The notes beneath the pieces are model-generated. The model had not been told where the DNA came from, searched no databases, and saw nothing but the letters and a program-made list of their open reading frames with translations. A DNA stretch of 64,000 nucleotides from Candidatus Latescibacterota bacterium (GTDB lineage: Bacteria > Krumholzibacteriota > Krumholzibacteriia > WVZY01), in NCBI GenBank assembly GCA_963791045.1, contig CAWBQK010000013.1:52694-116693 (forward strand), written 5' to 3'. Shown piece by piece: positions 45,218 through 56,755 of this stretch. Position 1 is the first letter of the stretch; the number at the start of each line of letters is the position of its first letter. The position numbers and the translations under genes were made by a program.

Positions 45218-46966
45218 ACGTCCGCCACTTCGACTTTCTCGGATTTGTTTTCTTTGAATTCTCCGCCCCCAGAAGCTTCGTCAAGAAATACCTGCTCGGT
45301 CTCCAGAGGCAACGCCACGGTAAAGGTGCTCCCGTGGCCGTATTTGCTTTCTACCCAAAGACGACCCTTGTGAAGCTCCACGATATGCTTGGCGAGAGCC
45401 AGACCTATCCCAAGCCCGCCCCATCGACGGGATCGAAGACCCATCCACCTGCCTGAAAGTCTCGAAGATGTGGGGGATGTCTTCTTCGGGAATACCCATA
45501 CCCGTATCCGTCACCTGTATCCTGATTTCCTTCCCCGTGAAAACTGTGTCGACACGAACGGCGCCGTCGCGACCGGTGAACTTGATCGCGTTCTGGATGA
45601 GACACGAAATCACCTGGACGATCTGGTTGTTGTCGAGATATGTCACTGGGACTTTTGTGTCGGGCGTGAAAGTCATTTCGATGTTCTTGGCGGCGGATCG
45701 TTTCTCCATTTTTGGCCACACCGAGTTGATCACGTCGTGGATGTGCGACAGGGACATGCTTAGCAGCTGACCCGACACCTCGAGCTTGGAAAGATCGAGG
45801 AGGTTGTTGATCAACTGGAGCAGACTCGCCCCATTCTCGACGATGACATCGAGAAACTGCTGTTTACTATCTTCGGGGAGTTTTGGATCCTTGAGGGACT
45901 CCGAATACGCGATGATGATGCTCAGCGGCGTTCGCAGTTCGTGACTTATGTTCGCCAGGAACTCGGTTTTCATTTTGTCGACGTCCGTGAGCTTTTTGTT
46001 GATCTCCTGAAGGTTCTTGTTCTGACAGATGATCTGCTGTTCGAGCATTCGTCTCTGTGACACATTGTGAACGATCATCTGGACGAAAAGCCCGTCCTTC
46101 AGCCGGATAAGATTGGCGTTGATATCGACAAATACGAGGTTGCCGTCGTGGTCGACCATCTTGCGGTCGACAAAGGTCATCGATCCCTGGCTGAGCAGAT
46201 TGATAAAGTCGCGCCGGACCTGGTACTTGCTCCTCCTCGGAAAACAACTCGAAGTACGACTGGTTGATGAGCTGGTCGCGCGTGTATCCCAGAACGCTTT
46301 CGCACTTCCTGTTGACTTCCGAGAGTCTCGCCGAACCCTTGTCGACGAGCATGATGAGATCGTTCGCGTTTTCGAGGAGTGTCTTGTAGCGCCGGCTGAG
46401 AACCTCGGCTTCGAGACGAAGCTGCGTATGGGCGATCGCCCGGCTGGCGAACTGCGCGCAGTGTTCGATGAACCTCAACATCGGTTTTCGAGAAAGCGTT
46501 TACCGTGTAACTGCCGATGTTGAGCGTCCCGATAAGCTTCCCCGCGCGAGACCAATGGAACAACCATGTCCGCGCTGAGGGGTTCCTCGCTGATAACTTC
46601 TTTGAAACGATCGCATGTCTGCGATGTTCGGGCGATGGACGGACTCCTGATGGATAACAACCCACCCAAGAACCGAGCCCTCGTCGACGGGAATCAAACG
46701 CCCCTCGCCGAACTTCTCGGCGGCGCTGTCCCCTTTGTGAATGCCCTGTGGACCAGCGTTTTTTTGTCGGGATTGAGAATCGCCACACTGGATACGTCGA
46801 AATCAACGAGACGTGACACTTCCTTGGTGATGGCGGCGAGGATGCTTTCAAGACCCGTGGCGGCGAGCATCGCGTTGGCGATTTCGACGAACGCCAGGAC
46901 GTGCTCCGTCTTGGACATGCCGTTGTCTTTTTGAATCGTGTCGTTGCTCATGTGTCGAAGTTGCAC
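45214..46966 (-). pseudogene. GAF-PAS-HisKA-HATPase sensor histidine kinase disrupted by at least six frameshifts
   Basis: Domain pieces lie in successive frames: GAF (46694..46966; 46500..46697; 46475..46669), PAS (45867..46481), HisKA + HATPase N-part (45281..46180, FLANISHELRTPL), G2 box (45214..45444, [19 protein letters not shown]). Confidence 0.6.
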
Positions 46967-47282
46967 GTATTTTGCCCGACAACGCGCGATATTGCATTCG
47001 AGAAGAAAAGAAACCAGCCCGTAACTTGTTTATATTCGGTGCATTACGGAATACATTACCCCGGCATTGCAGGAAATGTTCCATCCCCGGGCGAAGCAGC
47101 CAATTCGCTTTGCAGAAACCAGGATCAGGCCGCGACGCGCTCTTCCCCGGAACAAGCGCGCCGTCGACGTTGTTAAAGTTTTTGATTGGAAGTGTAAACT
47201 ACGTTAGAATAGCCACTTGTCAGACGCCCCAAACCCAGCAGTGGCGGTCGAGGGCGAGGCCCCAAACCACGAATGAGTTTCG

Positions 47283-49430
47283 ATGGCCAAAAAAGCCAAG
47301 AAGAAAACAGCGCAAACGGACGCGGTCCGAAAAGCGACCACGCGCGAAGTTGATTTCGACAGACTGATGTCACGCTCCTCGATAGGAAAAAGCGAGATCA
47401 AGTACGTCGCCGCCGTGTTCGTGATCGCGCTCGCCGTGCGTCTTGTCTATTTCTTTTTGAACAAGGCAAACAACCCGCTCTTTTATCACCCGATACTCGA
47501 TGCGTTGTTTCACCACGAGTGGGCGGGGGAAATACTCGCCGGCAATTTCTGGGGAGACGAGGTTTTTTTCCGGGCACCCTTCTACCCCTATGCGCTTGCC
47601 TTCTTCTATAAGCTAAGCGGCTCCAGCATCGCCTTCGCCACTTTTGTTCAACACATTACAGGATCGTTCAGCGCCGCACTCCTCTACGCGCTCTCGCGCC
47701 AGTACTTCTCCGTCCGGGTGTCACTGCTCGCCGCGGTTCTGGCGGCGCTGTATTGGCCTCTGATTTATTTCGAAGGCGATCTATTGATCGTCACCTTTGT
47801 TGTCTTCTTTGACATCTCATTACTGCTCTGCCTTGCCGTCGCGATCCGCAAACAATCGACGCCTTTGTATGTCGCCGCGGGGTTGATTCTCGGGCTATCC
47901 GCCATCGCGCGGCCAAGCATTTTGATCTTCGTGCCGGTCATCCCCATTGTTTTTCATGTGTCCTCGATGATTCAACAGCGCGGTCAATCACGCACATGGC
48001 AGAAACAAACGGTTCTGCTCCTGTCCGGCGCTATGGTCATTATTCTTCCGGTCATCATCCGAAACTATGTCGTCGGACGTGATTTTGTGCCCATCGCGTC
48101 ACAGGGCGGGGTCAACTTTTATATCGGCAACAACCCACAATCGAATGGGAGTCTCGCGATGGTGCCCGGCGCGCGGGCCGATATGTACGGCACCTATCAC
48201 GGCGCCATCGAGCTTGCCGAGCGGGACAGGGGCCGTCGTCTCAAACCCTCGGAAGTCTCCAGTTACTACACGGGGAAAGCGCTCGGTTTTTTCGCGGAAG
48301 CGCCGGGCGACGCTATGGCCCTTACATCCAAGAAGCTGTATATGTTCTGGGCCGGAGTTGAAAGATCTAACAACAAGTATATCCAGTTCTTCTGGGAACG
48401 ATACGGTCTCGGGAAGATACCCCTTCCCGGCTTCTGGCTGATCGGACCCTTTGCGCTCCTCGGAGGCGTTCTGCTATTTCGGAGACGGCGCGAAATGTCG
48501 CTCCTCTATCTTTTTGTGTTGAGCTATATGGTTGGCGTCGTGGCGTTCTTTGTAAACGCGAGATTCCGGCTCCCCGTCACTCCCGTTCTTATCTTGTTCG
48601 CATCCTTCGCCATTTTTTATCTGGTGGAGTGCGTCCGCGCAAGGAGCGAGAGCTTCCTTCGAGCGCTGCTTGTTCTCGCGGTGTGTGTTTTTATTGTCGA
48701 CTATGATTACATCGCGTTTCGCGGTGTTAGGGCCATCGATGAGGCAATTTCGCATTACGAACTGGCCAACGCTTTCCTCAAGATGGATAACAAGGACGGG
48801 GCGCTGCATCATTTCGAGCAGGCCAGGGAGATACAGGAGAAATATCCGACGCGTGCGTATCTTCAAATCTCAGGAACCGTCGATTTCAATCTTGGCTCGA
48901 TCTATTTTGAAAACGGACTCTATTCTCGGGCCGTTCAGGCGTTGGAACGTGTCCCCGACACCGACCCGCGTGTCTATCAGGCAAAGACCCTCCTTGCCGA
49001 CTGTTATGTCAAAGGTGGCCGCTATGCCGACGCGATAGACGTATACGTCCGCATCCTCCAGGCGGACCCGAACCATGCGCGAAGCCTCTTTGGTCTCGGC
49101 ATCGCCTACCGGATGACCGGCGATCTCGACCGCTCGCAGCAGGCCCTGGAAGAGGTACTGCGAAAGCACAAACCACCCGACGGTAGTGTAAACCTCGAAC
49201 TCGCTCGAACGCTCCAGGCCCGCGGCGACACCGAGGGAGCCATCCGCAACTACCAGATTGCGTCGGCCAGCAATCTTCAACGGCGCGACGCCTACCTCGA
49301 ACTCGCCCGGCTCCACAAGACACAGGGAGACAGGGAGAAAGCGATCGAATACTACGAAAGGCTTCGTACGGCGTATCCGAACGACAGATCCATCCAGATG
49401 GAAATCAACGCGCTCCGTTCGAACAATTAG
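47283..49430 (+). CDS. GT-C fold glycosyltransferase (ArnT/PMT-like) fused to C-terminal TPR repeats, TMTC-like architecture
   Basis: Ten or more TM helices with GGVNFYIGNN and YYP.LD..FHHEWA motifs. Six or more TPR repeats at the C-terminus. Tandem paralog of 49439. Confidence 0.85.
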   Translation: MAKKAKKKTAQTDAVRKATTREVDFDRLMSRSSIGKSEIKYVAAVFVIALAVRLVYFFLNKANNPLFYHPILDALFHHEWAGEILAGNFWGDEVFFRAPFYPYALAFFYKLSGSSIAFATFVQHITGSFSAALLYALSRQYFSVRVSLLAAVLAALYWPLIYFEGDLLIVTFVVFFDISLLLCLAVAIRKQSTPLYVAAGLILGLSAIARPSILIFVPVIPIVFHVSSMIQQRGQSRTWQKQTVLLLSGAMVIILPVIIRNYVVGRDFVPIASQGGVNFYIGNNPQSNGSLAMVPGARADMYGTYHGAIELAERDRGRRLKPSEVSSYYTGKALGFFAEAPGDAMALTSKKLYMFWAGVERSNNKYIQFFWERYGLGKIPLPGFWLIGPFALLGGVLLFRRRREMSLLYLFVLSYMVGVVAFFVNARFRLPVTPVLILFASFAIFYLVECVRARSESFLRALLVLAVCVFIVDYDYIAFRGVRAIDEAISHYELANAFLKMDNKDGALHHFEQAREIQEKYPTRAYLQISGTVDFNLGSIYFENGLYSRAVQALERVPDTDPRVYQAKTLLADCYVKGGRYADAIDVYVRILQADPNHARSLFGLGIAYRMTGDLDRSQQALEEVLRKHKPPDGSVNLELARTLQARGDTEGAIRNYQIASASNLQRRDAYLELARLHKTQGDREKAIEYYERLRTAYPNDRSIQMEINALRSNN

Positions 49431-49438
49431 CAAAAGAC

Positions 49439-51544
49439 ATGGCGAAACACTCCAAAAAGAAGCCCGTAAAAGTACCCGACCAGGCCCCATTGACCGCGCA
49501 TTTCGCCGCAACCGAAACGTGGAACAAATTGGACTGGCGGAACGCGGCCATTGTTCTTGCGGTTGCCGTCGCCATACGCCTCGTTTTTTTCTTTCTCAAC
49601 AGGCATAACAACCCGCTCTTCTACTACCCCATCATGGACGGCAAGTACCATCTCGAGTGGGCACAGGAGATTCTTTCCGGCAACTTCTGGGGCAACGGCG
49701 TATTCTTCCGGGCACCGCTGTACCCTTACTTTCTCGCGTTTCTCTACAAGATCGGCGGGACACATATTGGCTTCGTCATTTTTTGCCAGCATTTGATCGG
49801 CGCCGCAAGTGCGGGGCTTGTTTATCTCGTAGCCCGCTTGTTCTTCCGCCCCGGAATTGCGCTACTCGCCGGGCTGTTCGCCGCGCTTTACTGGCCGTTT
49901 CTGTATTTTGAAGCCGACCTGCTCATAGTGACGTTGATCGTATTCTTCGACCTTCTCAGTCTGTATTTTCTTATTCTCGCGCTTAAGACGTCGCGAGCCG
50001 GTTATTTTATCGCCGCCGGGCTCATCCTCGGATTGTCGGCGGTCGCGCGCCCAAATATTCTCGTGTTGATCCCCGCTTTGCCGTTTGTGTTCTGGTTGTG
50101 GCCGGACGGTCGAAACAAAGACACGGCCACACGCCGGAAAGTATGCTTCCGCCAAACCGTTTTTGTTTGTGCCGCCGCGGCGCTGATGATCTTGCCGGTG
50201 CTCGTCAGGAACTGGGTCGTCGGCCGCGACATTGTTCCGATCGCGTCGCAGGGCGGTGTGAACTTCTATATTGGCAACAACCCCGACGCCGATGGGCGCA
50301 CGGCGATAGTCCCGGGCACAAGATGGGACTGGTGGGGTGGCTACGAAGATGCGATCCGGATGGCGGAAAAAGAAGCGGGCCGCAAACTCAAACCGTCCGA
50401 GGTATCCAATCACTACTTTCGAAAAGGCGCCGGGTTCGTATTTACACAGCCGGATCGTTCCATCCCGCTCCTCGGCAAAAAGCTGCACCTGTTCTGGGCC
50501 GCGGGGGAACGATCGAACAACAAATATATCTATTTCTTCTGGCACCAGGGGGGAATGGGAAAGGTCCCGCTGCCCGGGTTCTGGCTCATCGCACCCCTGG
50601 GACTCCTCGGAGGGGTTCTCTTGTGGCCGCGCCGTCGTGAACTCTCTCTCTTCTACCTGTTCACCGTGACTTACATGGCTGGGGTGATCGCGTTCTTTGT
50701 CAACGCGAGGTTCAGACTGCCTATAGTTCCCATACTCATCATGTTTGCCGCCTATGCGTGTTTCCATCTGTGGCATGTCGCCCGCCACAGAAGATCCGAA
50801 CTCTGGAAACCGCTGGTTGTTTTTGCGTTGTGCGTTTTCGCCATCGATTTTGACCTCGTCGGTTTCGGTGAAAACAAAATCAATGAGGACGCACTCTCGC
50901 ACTACACTCTTGGAAACGCCTATCTCAACCGCGGTGACACCAAGAACGCCATCGCCGAATATGAAGAAGCGCTCGACCGATATAAGCAATACGGAAGAAA
51001 AGGTTTTCTCGTTGTCGCTCGCAATGTCGAGTACAACCTGGGGCGACTGTACTGGTCGGACAAGCGCTGTGAAGAGGCAATACCGCACCTCGAACGAGTG
51101 GGAGGAAACGACCAGTTCGCCGTCGTTGCGCTCGAGATGCTCGCCGATTGTTACGAAAGCGAAAAACGTTACAACAATGCAATCGACGCCTATGAATTGA
51201 TCCTGAGAGCCGTACCCAACAACGACAAGGCTCGTTTCGGTCTGGCGAGAACTCACCGTTTGATGGGAAATCTGGAAGAGGCGGAAACGCTATTCCGATC
51301 GATCGTGTCCGACGGAACGGGGCAAAATGCGGAAGCCTACATGGAACTGGCCGCAACACTCGAAGCTCTTGAGAAATGGGATGAAGCGGCGGCCGCCTAT
51401 GAAAACGCCGCGAGAAGCCCGGCATATCGCGTCCGCGCCCTTATAGGCGCGGCGAGGATGTACGCTCGAGGGGGGAGACGGGGAAAAGGCCTCCGGCTGT
51501 CTCGACCGCGCAAAGAGTTTCGCCCCCGACGATCCTGCCGTTGA
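49439..51544 (+). CDS. second TMTC-like GT-C+TPR glycosyltransferase paralog (3' end frameshifted in a G6 homopolymer; true stop probably 51577)
   Basis: Collinear similarity to 47283..49430. After MYARGG the called frame becomes R-rich junk. Frame +1 gives GDGEKASGCLDRAKSFAPDDPAVDKAIDALRADG*, which aligns residue-for-residue with the paralog's C-terminus. Confidence 0.8.
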   Translation: MAKHSKKKPVKVPDQAPLTAHFAATETWNKLDWRNAAIVLAVAVAIRLVFFFLNRHNNPLFYYPIMDGKYHLEWAQEILSGNFWGNGVFFRAPLYPYFLAFLYKIGGTHIGFVIFCQHLIGAASAGLVYLVARLFFRPGIALLAGLFAALYWPFLYFEADLLIVTLIVFFDLLSLYFLILALKTSRAGYFIAAGLILGLSAVARPNILVLIPALPFVFWLWPDGRNKDTATRRKVCFRQTVFVCAAAALMILPVLVRNWVVGRDIVPIASQGGVNFYIGNNPDADGRTAIVPGTRWDWWGGYEDAIRMAEKEAGRKLKPSEVSNHYFRKGAGFVFTQPDRSIPLLGKKLHLFWAAGERSNNKYIYFFWHQGGMGKVPLPGFWLIAPLGLLGGVLLWPRRRELSLFYLFTVTYMAGVIAFFVNARFRLPIVPILIMFAAYACFHLWHVARHRRSELWKPLVVFALCVFAIDFDLVGFGENKINEDALSHYTLGNAYLNRGDTKNAIAEYEEALDRYKQYGRKGFLVVARNVEYNLGRLYWSDKRCEEAIPHLERVGGNDQFAVVALEMLADCYESEKRYNNAIDAYELILRAVPNNDKARFGLARTHRLMGNLEEAETLFRSIVSDGTGQNAEAYMELAATLEALEKWDEAAAAYENAARSPAYRVRALIGAARMYARGGRRGKGLRLSRPRKEFRPRRSCR

Positions 51545-51583
51545 CAAGGCAATCGACGCGCTCCGCGCGGACGGCTGAGATCC

Positions 51584-52309
51584 CTATCCAAAAATCCCAG
51601 AGCCACCGGACTCGAATTTTTTCCACGGAAATATTTTTGGCGGTGGCGCCGCGAGGTGAACCATCTGTTCTTGTGTGGGGTGTTTGACGGCGAGACTTCC
51701 CGCGTGCAGAGCGATCGTCCTGTCGGAAAGCGGCTCCGACGCTCCATATTTCATGTCGCCGACGACGGGATAGCCCATGTCGGCGAGTTGGAGCCGGAGT
51801 TGATGATGGCGGCCGGTGCGCGGGCGAAGTTCGAGTAGTGTAAGGCCGGGCTTGCGACCAAGCACGCGAAACGACATGACCGCCTCCTTCGCCCCTTCGC
51901 TCTCCGCGGTCGCAATTCTCGAAGATTTTCGAACACGCTCGATGTAAGCGACGAGTTCGCCCGAATCGTCGGCGACGCGACCGACAACGACGGCGAAATA
52001 CACTTTCTCGACCTGCCGCAATCTGAATTCGTTGGTCAATCGCGACGCTGCTTTGGAGGTCCTCGCAAACAGGACGACACCGGAGACGGGGCGGTCGAGA
52101 CGATGCACAAGGCCGAGAAAGACTTTGCCCGGCTTGTCGTATTTTTCTTTTATGTATGCCTTTGTGATATCGAGAAGAGTCTCGTCGCCAGTGTCATCCC
52201 CCTGGACGAGGACGCCGCCCGGCTTGAGGACACCGATTAGATGGTTGTCTTCGTAGAGAATCCTGATCGGACCGTGCCTGTCGTGTCCATCGTGATTTTC
52301 AGCCGGCAT
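51584..52309 (-). CDS. RluA-family pseudouridine synthase
   Basis: Catalytic motif HRLDRPVSGVVLFARTSKAASRL and family-wide conservation. No S4 domain. Confidence 0.9.
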   Translation of the reverse strand: MPAENHDGHDRHGPIRILYEDNHLIGVLKPGGVLVQGDDTGDETLLDITKAYIKEKYDKPGKVFLGLVHRLDRPVSGVVLFARTSKAASRLTNEFRLRQVEKVYFAVVVGRVADDSGELVAYIERVRKSSRIATAESEGAKEAVMSFRVLGRKPGLTLLELRPRTGRHHQLRLQLADMGYPVVGDMKYGASEPLSDRTIALHAGSLAVKHPTQEQMVHLAAPPPKIFPWKKFESGGSGIFG

Positions 52310-52703
52310 TTCGTTTCATCCCTTCTCTTCTACTCAGGCACGGCTGCGCATGGTGCGCCATGAGCGATCGGCGGTTGGGCCCGCACTACGCTTCGCTAGG
52401 GTCCTGTCGCCGATTACCCGGCACAGGTCATGTCATCGGTCACCCCGAGCGAAGCGAGGTGCGGGGTATCATGCTCAAAGGCTTCAACAACCCAGAACGC
52501 GAGCCGCCACCCGCGCCTACTCTCAATGAGGACGGTGCGGTCTTTCGATAGGCCCTTTCGCGGGAGCGAGCGAGGATCCGGCGCCGGTTCCGCCGGCGGC
52601 TAGCGGAGCGAGGGCCCGAGAAAGATCGCGCCGACCTCAGCACAACACAATAGGAGTATAGTACAGTAATCCAGGGGATGTCGGAAAGGGGGAAAGGAAT
52701 GGG

Positions 52704-53375
52704 CTAGTCGGCTTTGTAGAGCTCTTTGATGCTGCCCCACGTCTTCGTGGCGGTCGGGACCGTCCAGTCCTCCATCATCACGCTGTAACAGGGTTCGCCG
52801 TCGAACACCCGGTTTGCATTCTTATCGGCGTACACGATGATGCCAATAAACTGGCTGCCGAGCCAACGAAGGTTGAACGTAAAAGTATCCGAGTAGAAAC
52901 CGTCTTCGGTCTCGGTCGACACCACCATCCGCGGAATCACATAACGCAATCCATCGATGCGCTCACCATTGACATAAACATCCGGGGAAGAGTTCACGGG
53001 AAATGGAACGAACTCGACAACGATGTCATTCAACTGTCTGGGGTATTCCGAGAAACCGTCGACACAAATCTTTGTCTTGTTCCCCACCGTGAAGAACTCG
53101 CTCTTGCCGTCGTACGACGTTTCGAAACCCACGAGCCCCGGTGCGCGGTAGATCTCGGTAGCGATCCGTCTCTCCGCGACGTTCCACAACACCTCGCCGG
53201 ACACGGCATAGGCTGGATCGAACCCCGGATCGGAGGGGCTTACGACTTCATATGTCAACGGGTCATAACGGAACACAACAACATCGAGAGGATACACGAG
53301 CAGGCAAGGGTCGGCCAAAACCGCGGCCGGCGCCAGGAGGAATAACGTCAATAATACAGCCAGAATCGGACGCAT
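52704..53375 (-). CDS. hypothetical secreted protein
   Basis: ORF 52704..53462 trimmed to MRPILAVLLTLFLLAPAAVLA (signal peptide). Beta-rich body. No recognisable family. Confidence 0.5.
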   Translation of the reverse strand: MRPILAVLLTLFLLAPAAVLADPCLLVYPLDVVVFRYDPLTYEVVSPSDPGFDPAYAVSGEVLWNVAERRIATEIYRAPGLVGFETSYDGKSEFFTVGNKTKICVDGFSEYPRQLNDIVVEFVPFPVNSSPDVYVNGERIDGLRYVIPRMVVSTETEDGFYSDTFTFNLRWLGSQFIGIIVYADKNANRVFDGEPCYSVMMEDWTVPTATKTWGSIKELYKAD

Positions 53376-53631
53376 AAGATGCCAAGTACCCAGTGCTGAA
53401 AACCCGATGGGGTTCGACTCTAACGCAACGGCGGCCGGATAGCGAACCGACCGGACCAACAAAAGGACCGGTCTGTGCTTCCCGCGTCTTCACCTTTATT
53501 TTGAGGGCTGCCGGACGTGTGTGGCACCCCTGCCCTTAGCAGTACCCTTAGATTATAGCATACCGGCGCGGTTTCTGTGAAGTGCAATTGAAACGGAACT
53601 ATGGAGGAGAGAGTTGGGCTTGCCGCGAAAC

Positions 53632-54850
53632 CTATTCGATCACAATAACTTCTGTGGGTATACTACCGGTCGATGACACGCGCGACACCAGGTAAAGGCC
53701 GGGAACCCCGTCTATCACGGATTCGATGTCACGCCGTGTCCGCCGACCGGAATCAGCCGAAAATCTAGCAAGGACTCGGCCTCCGCATGACAACTCGGTC
53801 GTACGCCCATCGATGGCCGGGAGACTATCAACCACAATCTCGCCGACGAGACGGTTGGCAATGCTCACGTTCTCTCCACCCGGGACATTCGCGCCCCTTT
53901 CCGGCCGGTCCGGATTCGCTCCCAGACTCAGACTCGCCGACACCACAAGTCTTGTGATCTCGATGAGAAACCGGGTGGTAAGGATCTCCGGTGTGTCGAG
54001 AACCGTGCAGTGATACGGGTTGTGATCGTAACCTTCCCATATCGAGACGGCGGGCAGACCTTTCCGCCAAAAAGAAACGTGATCGCTATTCCCCGAAGCC
54101 ACGATGGTGGTATCGACGACGAGACGCGTCGAGCGCACCGCACACTCGATAACTTCAACAGCCAGGGGAATCGATTGCGAGTCGGCGAACAACACCGCGT
54201 CCATCGGTCCATATTCGTCGTACCCAACCATGTCGACATTGATGACTCCGCGCAGATCCGGGTGATCATCCAGCGCGTTTTCCGCAAACGCCTTCGACCC
54301 GAGCAGGCTGTCCTCTTCCCCACCAAAGAATGCAAGCGTCACGGAGGGCCGACGACCGTCCACCGACAAAACCCGAGCCGTCTCGAGAAGAACAGCCACG
54401 CCACTCGCATTGTCATCGGCGCCGGGGGCCGGTTCCCGCCAATCCTCGCCACGGCTGTCGTAGTGGGCGCAAACCAGAATAGTGTTGCGCTCGAACCCCG
54501 AGCCGCTCAAATCGGCAAGAACGTTTGTAACAACTACCGAGTTGCCCAGCCGATCTTTTACATTAACGTAGTGGTATTCGACGGGAATTCCGAGACCAGT
54601 CAACCGGCGCGTAATATACGACACTGTCGAGGCCGCCCCCTGCGATGTAAATCGTCTCTCCGTGCGCCGCGAGAAACTCGACCGTCGCGAGAAGACTGTC
54701 ACCGGAGATATTGGTACAAACCGCCTCGTGGTCACCGTGGCCATTCGGGCCGTCGCTCTCGCGAACAGGATCAACAACGACAAAAAGACCCAGCACAACC
54801 AGTGCGAGCACGCAGACATGCAGGATATGTAGCGGTAATCTGGCAGCCAC
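53632..54850 (-). CDS. M28-family zinc aminopeptidase (apparent single-nt frameshift near 54645 within a G5 run)
   Basis: M28 motifs (DDNASGVAVLLE, NVDMVGY, FFGGEE). The signal-peptide N-terminus (MAARLPLHILHVCVLALVVLGLFVVV) lies in ORF 54563..54850. It joins ORF 53632..54819 if one G is removed from CAGGGGGCGG. Confidence 0.75.
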
Positions 54851-54988
54851 GAACCGTCCTCCGTTCGGGATTCAAGATTTCACACATCATAGAAACGGCG
54901 GGGTTGGCCGTAAAGCTAATTTTGCCATGAAAGCGCCCAACGCTCTTATGCGGGCACGTCCACCGAGCCCGGGAACCGACCGTCTCTT

Positions 54989-55021
54989 TTGACTTTACAA
55001 AGCCCCCTCACATGTTATAGT
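54989..55021 (+). promoter_or_regulatory. candidate promoter (TTGACT ... TGtTATAGT) upstream of the ABC substrate-binding gene
   Basis: TTGACT at 54989-54994 and an extended -10-like TGTTATAGT at 55013-55021. The spacing is slightly long. Confidence 0.3.
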
Positions 55022-55065
55022 AAAAACAAGGTGGTTTACTCTCCCGGTCTTGGTTTGCCGGGAAA

Positions 55066-56719
55066 ATGCGGTATCGAGGAGGACGACAAATGAGCCGGTT
55101 ATATACAAATTCGATTGCGGTCTTTTTAATCCTGGGCGTGCTACTTTCACTGTCGTCCTGCGGTGGGGACACCGACGTCCAAAAGGCCGCGCCTACCGGC
55201 ACTCCCATAGTGGGCGGAGTCGTCTACCGCCATCTCGAATCAGACTGCAAAACATTGAACTGGGTGCTTTATAACACCATATACGAAAATCACGTTCTCC
55301 GCCATCTTTACGACTATCTTCTCGACTACGATGAGAACCTCGACATTGTACCCGTGCTCGCAAAGAACTATGACGTCAGCAAAGACGACTTCGTATCACG
55401 GTAACCTTGAGAGACTCTCTCTTCTGGCACGACGGTGTCCCGATAACCTCGCAGACGTCAAATTCACCGTCGACAAGATCCTTGATCCCACGATACCCGC
55501 GGTCAACAAAGAGGGCTGGTTCTCGCGTCTCGACAACGTCGAGATCGTTGACGACCCAACATCGAGTTCATATGGAAGGAGCCATATGGGCCCTAGTCTC
55601 CACGCACTCACCCAGCTCGCCCCAATTCCGGAGCATATCTATGGCAAGGGTAATTTCCGTGAACACCCCGCCAACCGGCACCGGTGGGCAGCGGCGCTTT
55701 CAAATTCGAAGAATGGCGAACGGGCCAAATCATCAGCGTCGTACGAAACGAAGACTACTATGGACCTCCGGCCCATCTCGATCGCGTCGTTTTCAAGATC
55801 ATCCCGGACAGGATCCGTGGCGCTCGGCGCGCTCAAGACCGGCGAACTGGATGAAATGCGGGTCAACCAGCCCCAGTGGGAAACCAAACCGATGGCGGCG
55901 ACTTCCCGCAAAAAGTTCGACAAGAATCACTATTATGTGCCTCTATACAATTACATCGCCTGGAATTGCCGATCGATTTGGTTCCGAGACAAACGGGTGC
56001 GCCTGGCGATGACGATGCTTTTTGATCGGGAGACGATCAACGAGGAGATTTATTCGGGTCACGCCAAGATCGTCACCGGGCCGTTTTATATAAACTCATG
56101 GGCCTACGACTCATCGATCGAACCGGTGCCATACAACCCCGATGGGGCTCGACGTATCCTCGATGAAGCGGGTTGGACGGACAGCGACAGCGACGGCATT
56201 CGCGACAAGGACGGGATAAAATTCGAATTCGATTTTTCGTTATCAGCGGAAGCAGGACGGCGCGACGGTTCGCGGAACTCCTTCAGGAAGCATGCCCGAA
56301 AGTGGGAATCGTAGTCAATATCAGGCGACTAGAGGGAGCGACGTTTTTTGACAAAATGTTCAAAGGCGAGTACGACGGGACGGCGTCTCGGATGGCGCCT
56401 GGACAACGATCCCGACATGTATGACACCTTTCATTCAACGCAGGTTCCCCCGATCGGCATCAACCATACGTTCTACAGCAACCCCGAAGTTGACCGTCTC
56501 CTCGAACAGGGACGCGTCGAGTTCGACCACGACAGGAGAAAACAGATTTATCACCGTGTTCACCGGTTGATTCACGATGACCAACCTTACACGTTTATAA
56601 ATTCGGTCCCCGAAAAAAGACCGATCAGCAAACGAATCGAGAACGTAACGTTTTCACCCGACGGACCGTTCAATTTTTACCCCGGCGCCAATTACTGGTA
56701 CACCAAAGACGAAGAATAA
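55066..56719 (+). pseudogene. ABC transporter substrate-binding lipoprotein, family 5 (Opp/Dpp-type), broken by at least five frameshifts
   Basis: Lipoprotein signal (LSLSSCGG). SBP_bac_5 segments lie in alternating frames across ORFs 55066..55404, 55407..56012, 55331..56314, 56173..56424 and 56348..56719. Confidence 0.65.
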
Positions 56720-56755
56720 AAGGGCCGACCACAAACATCTCCATCCCGGATAAGC

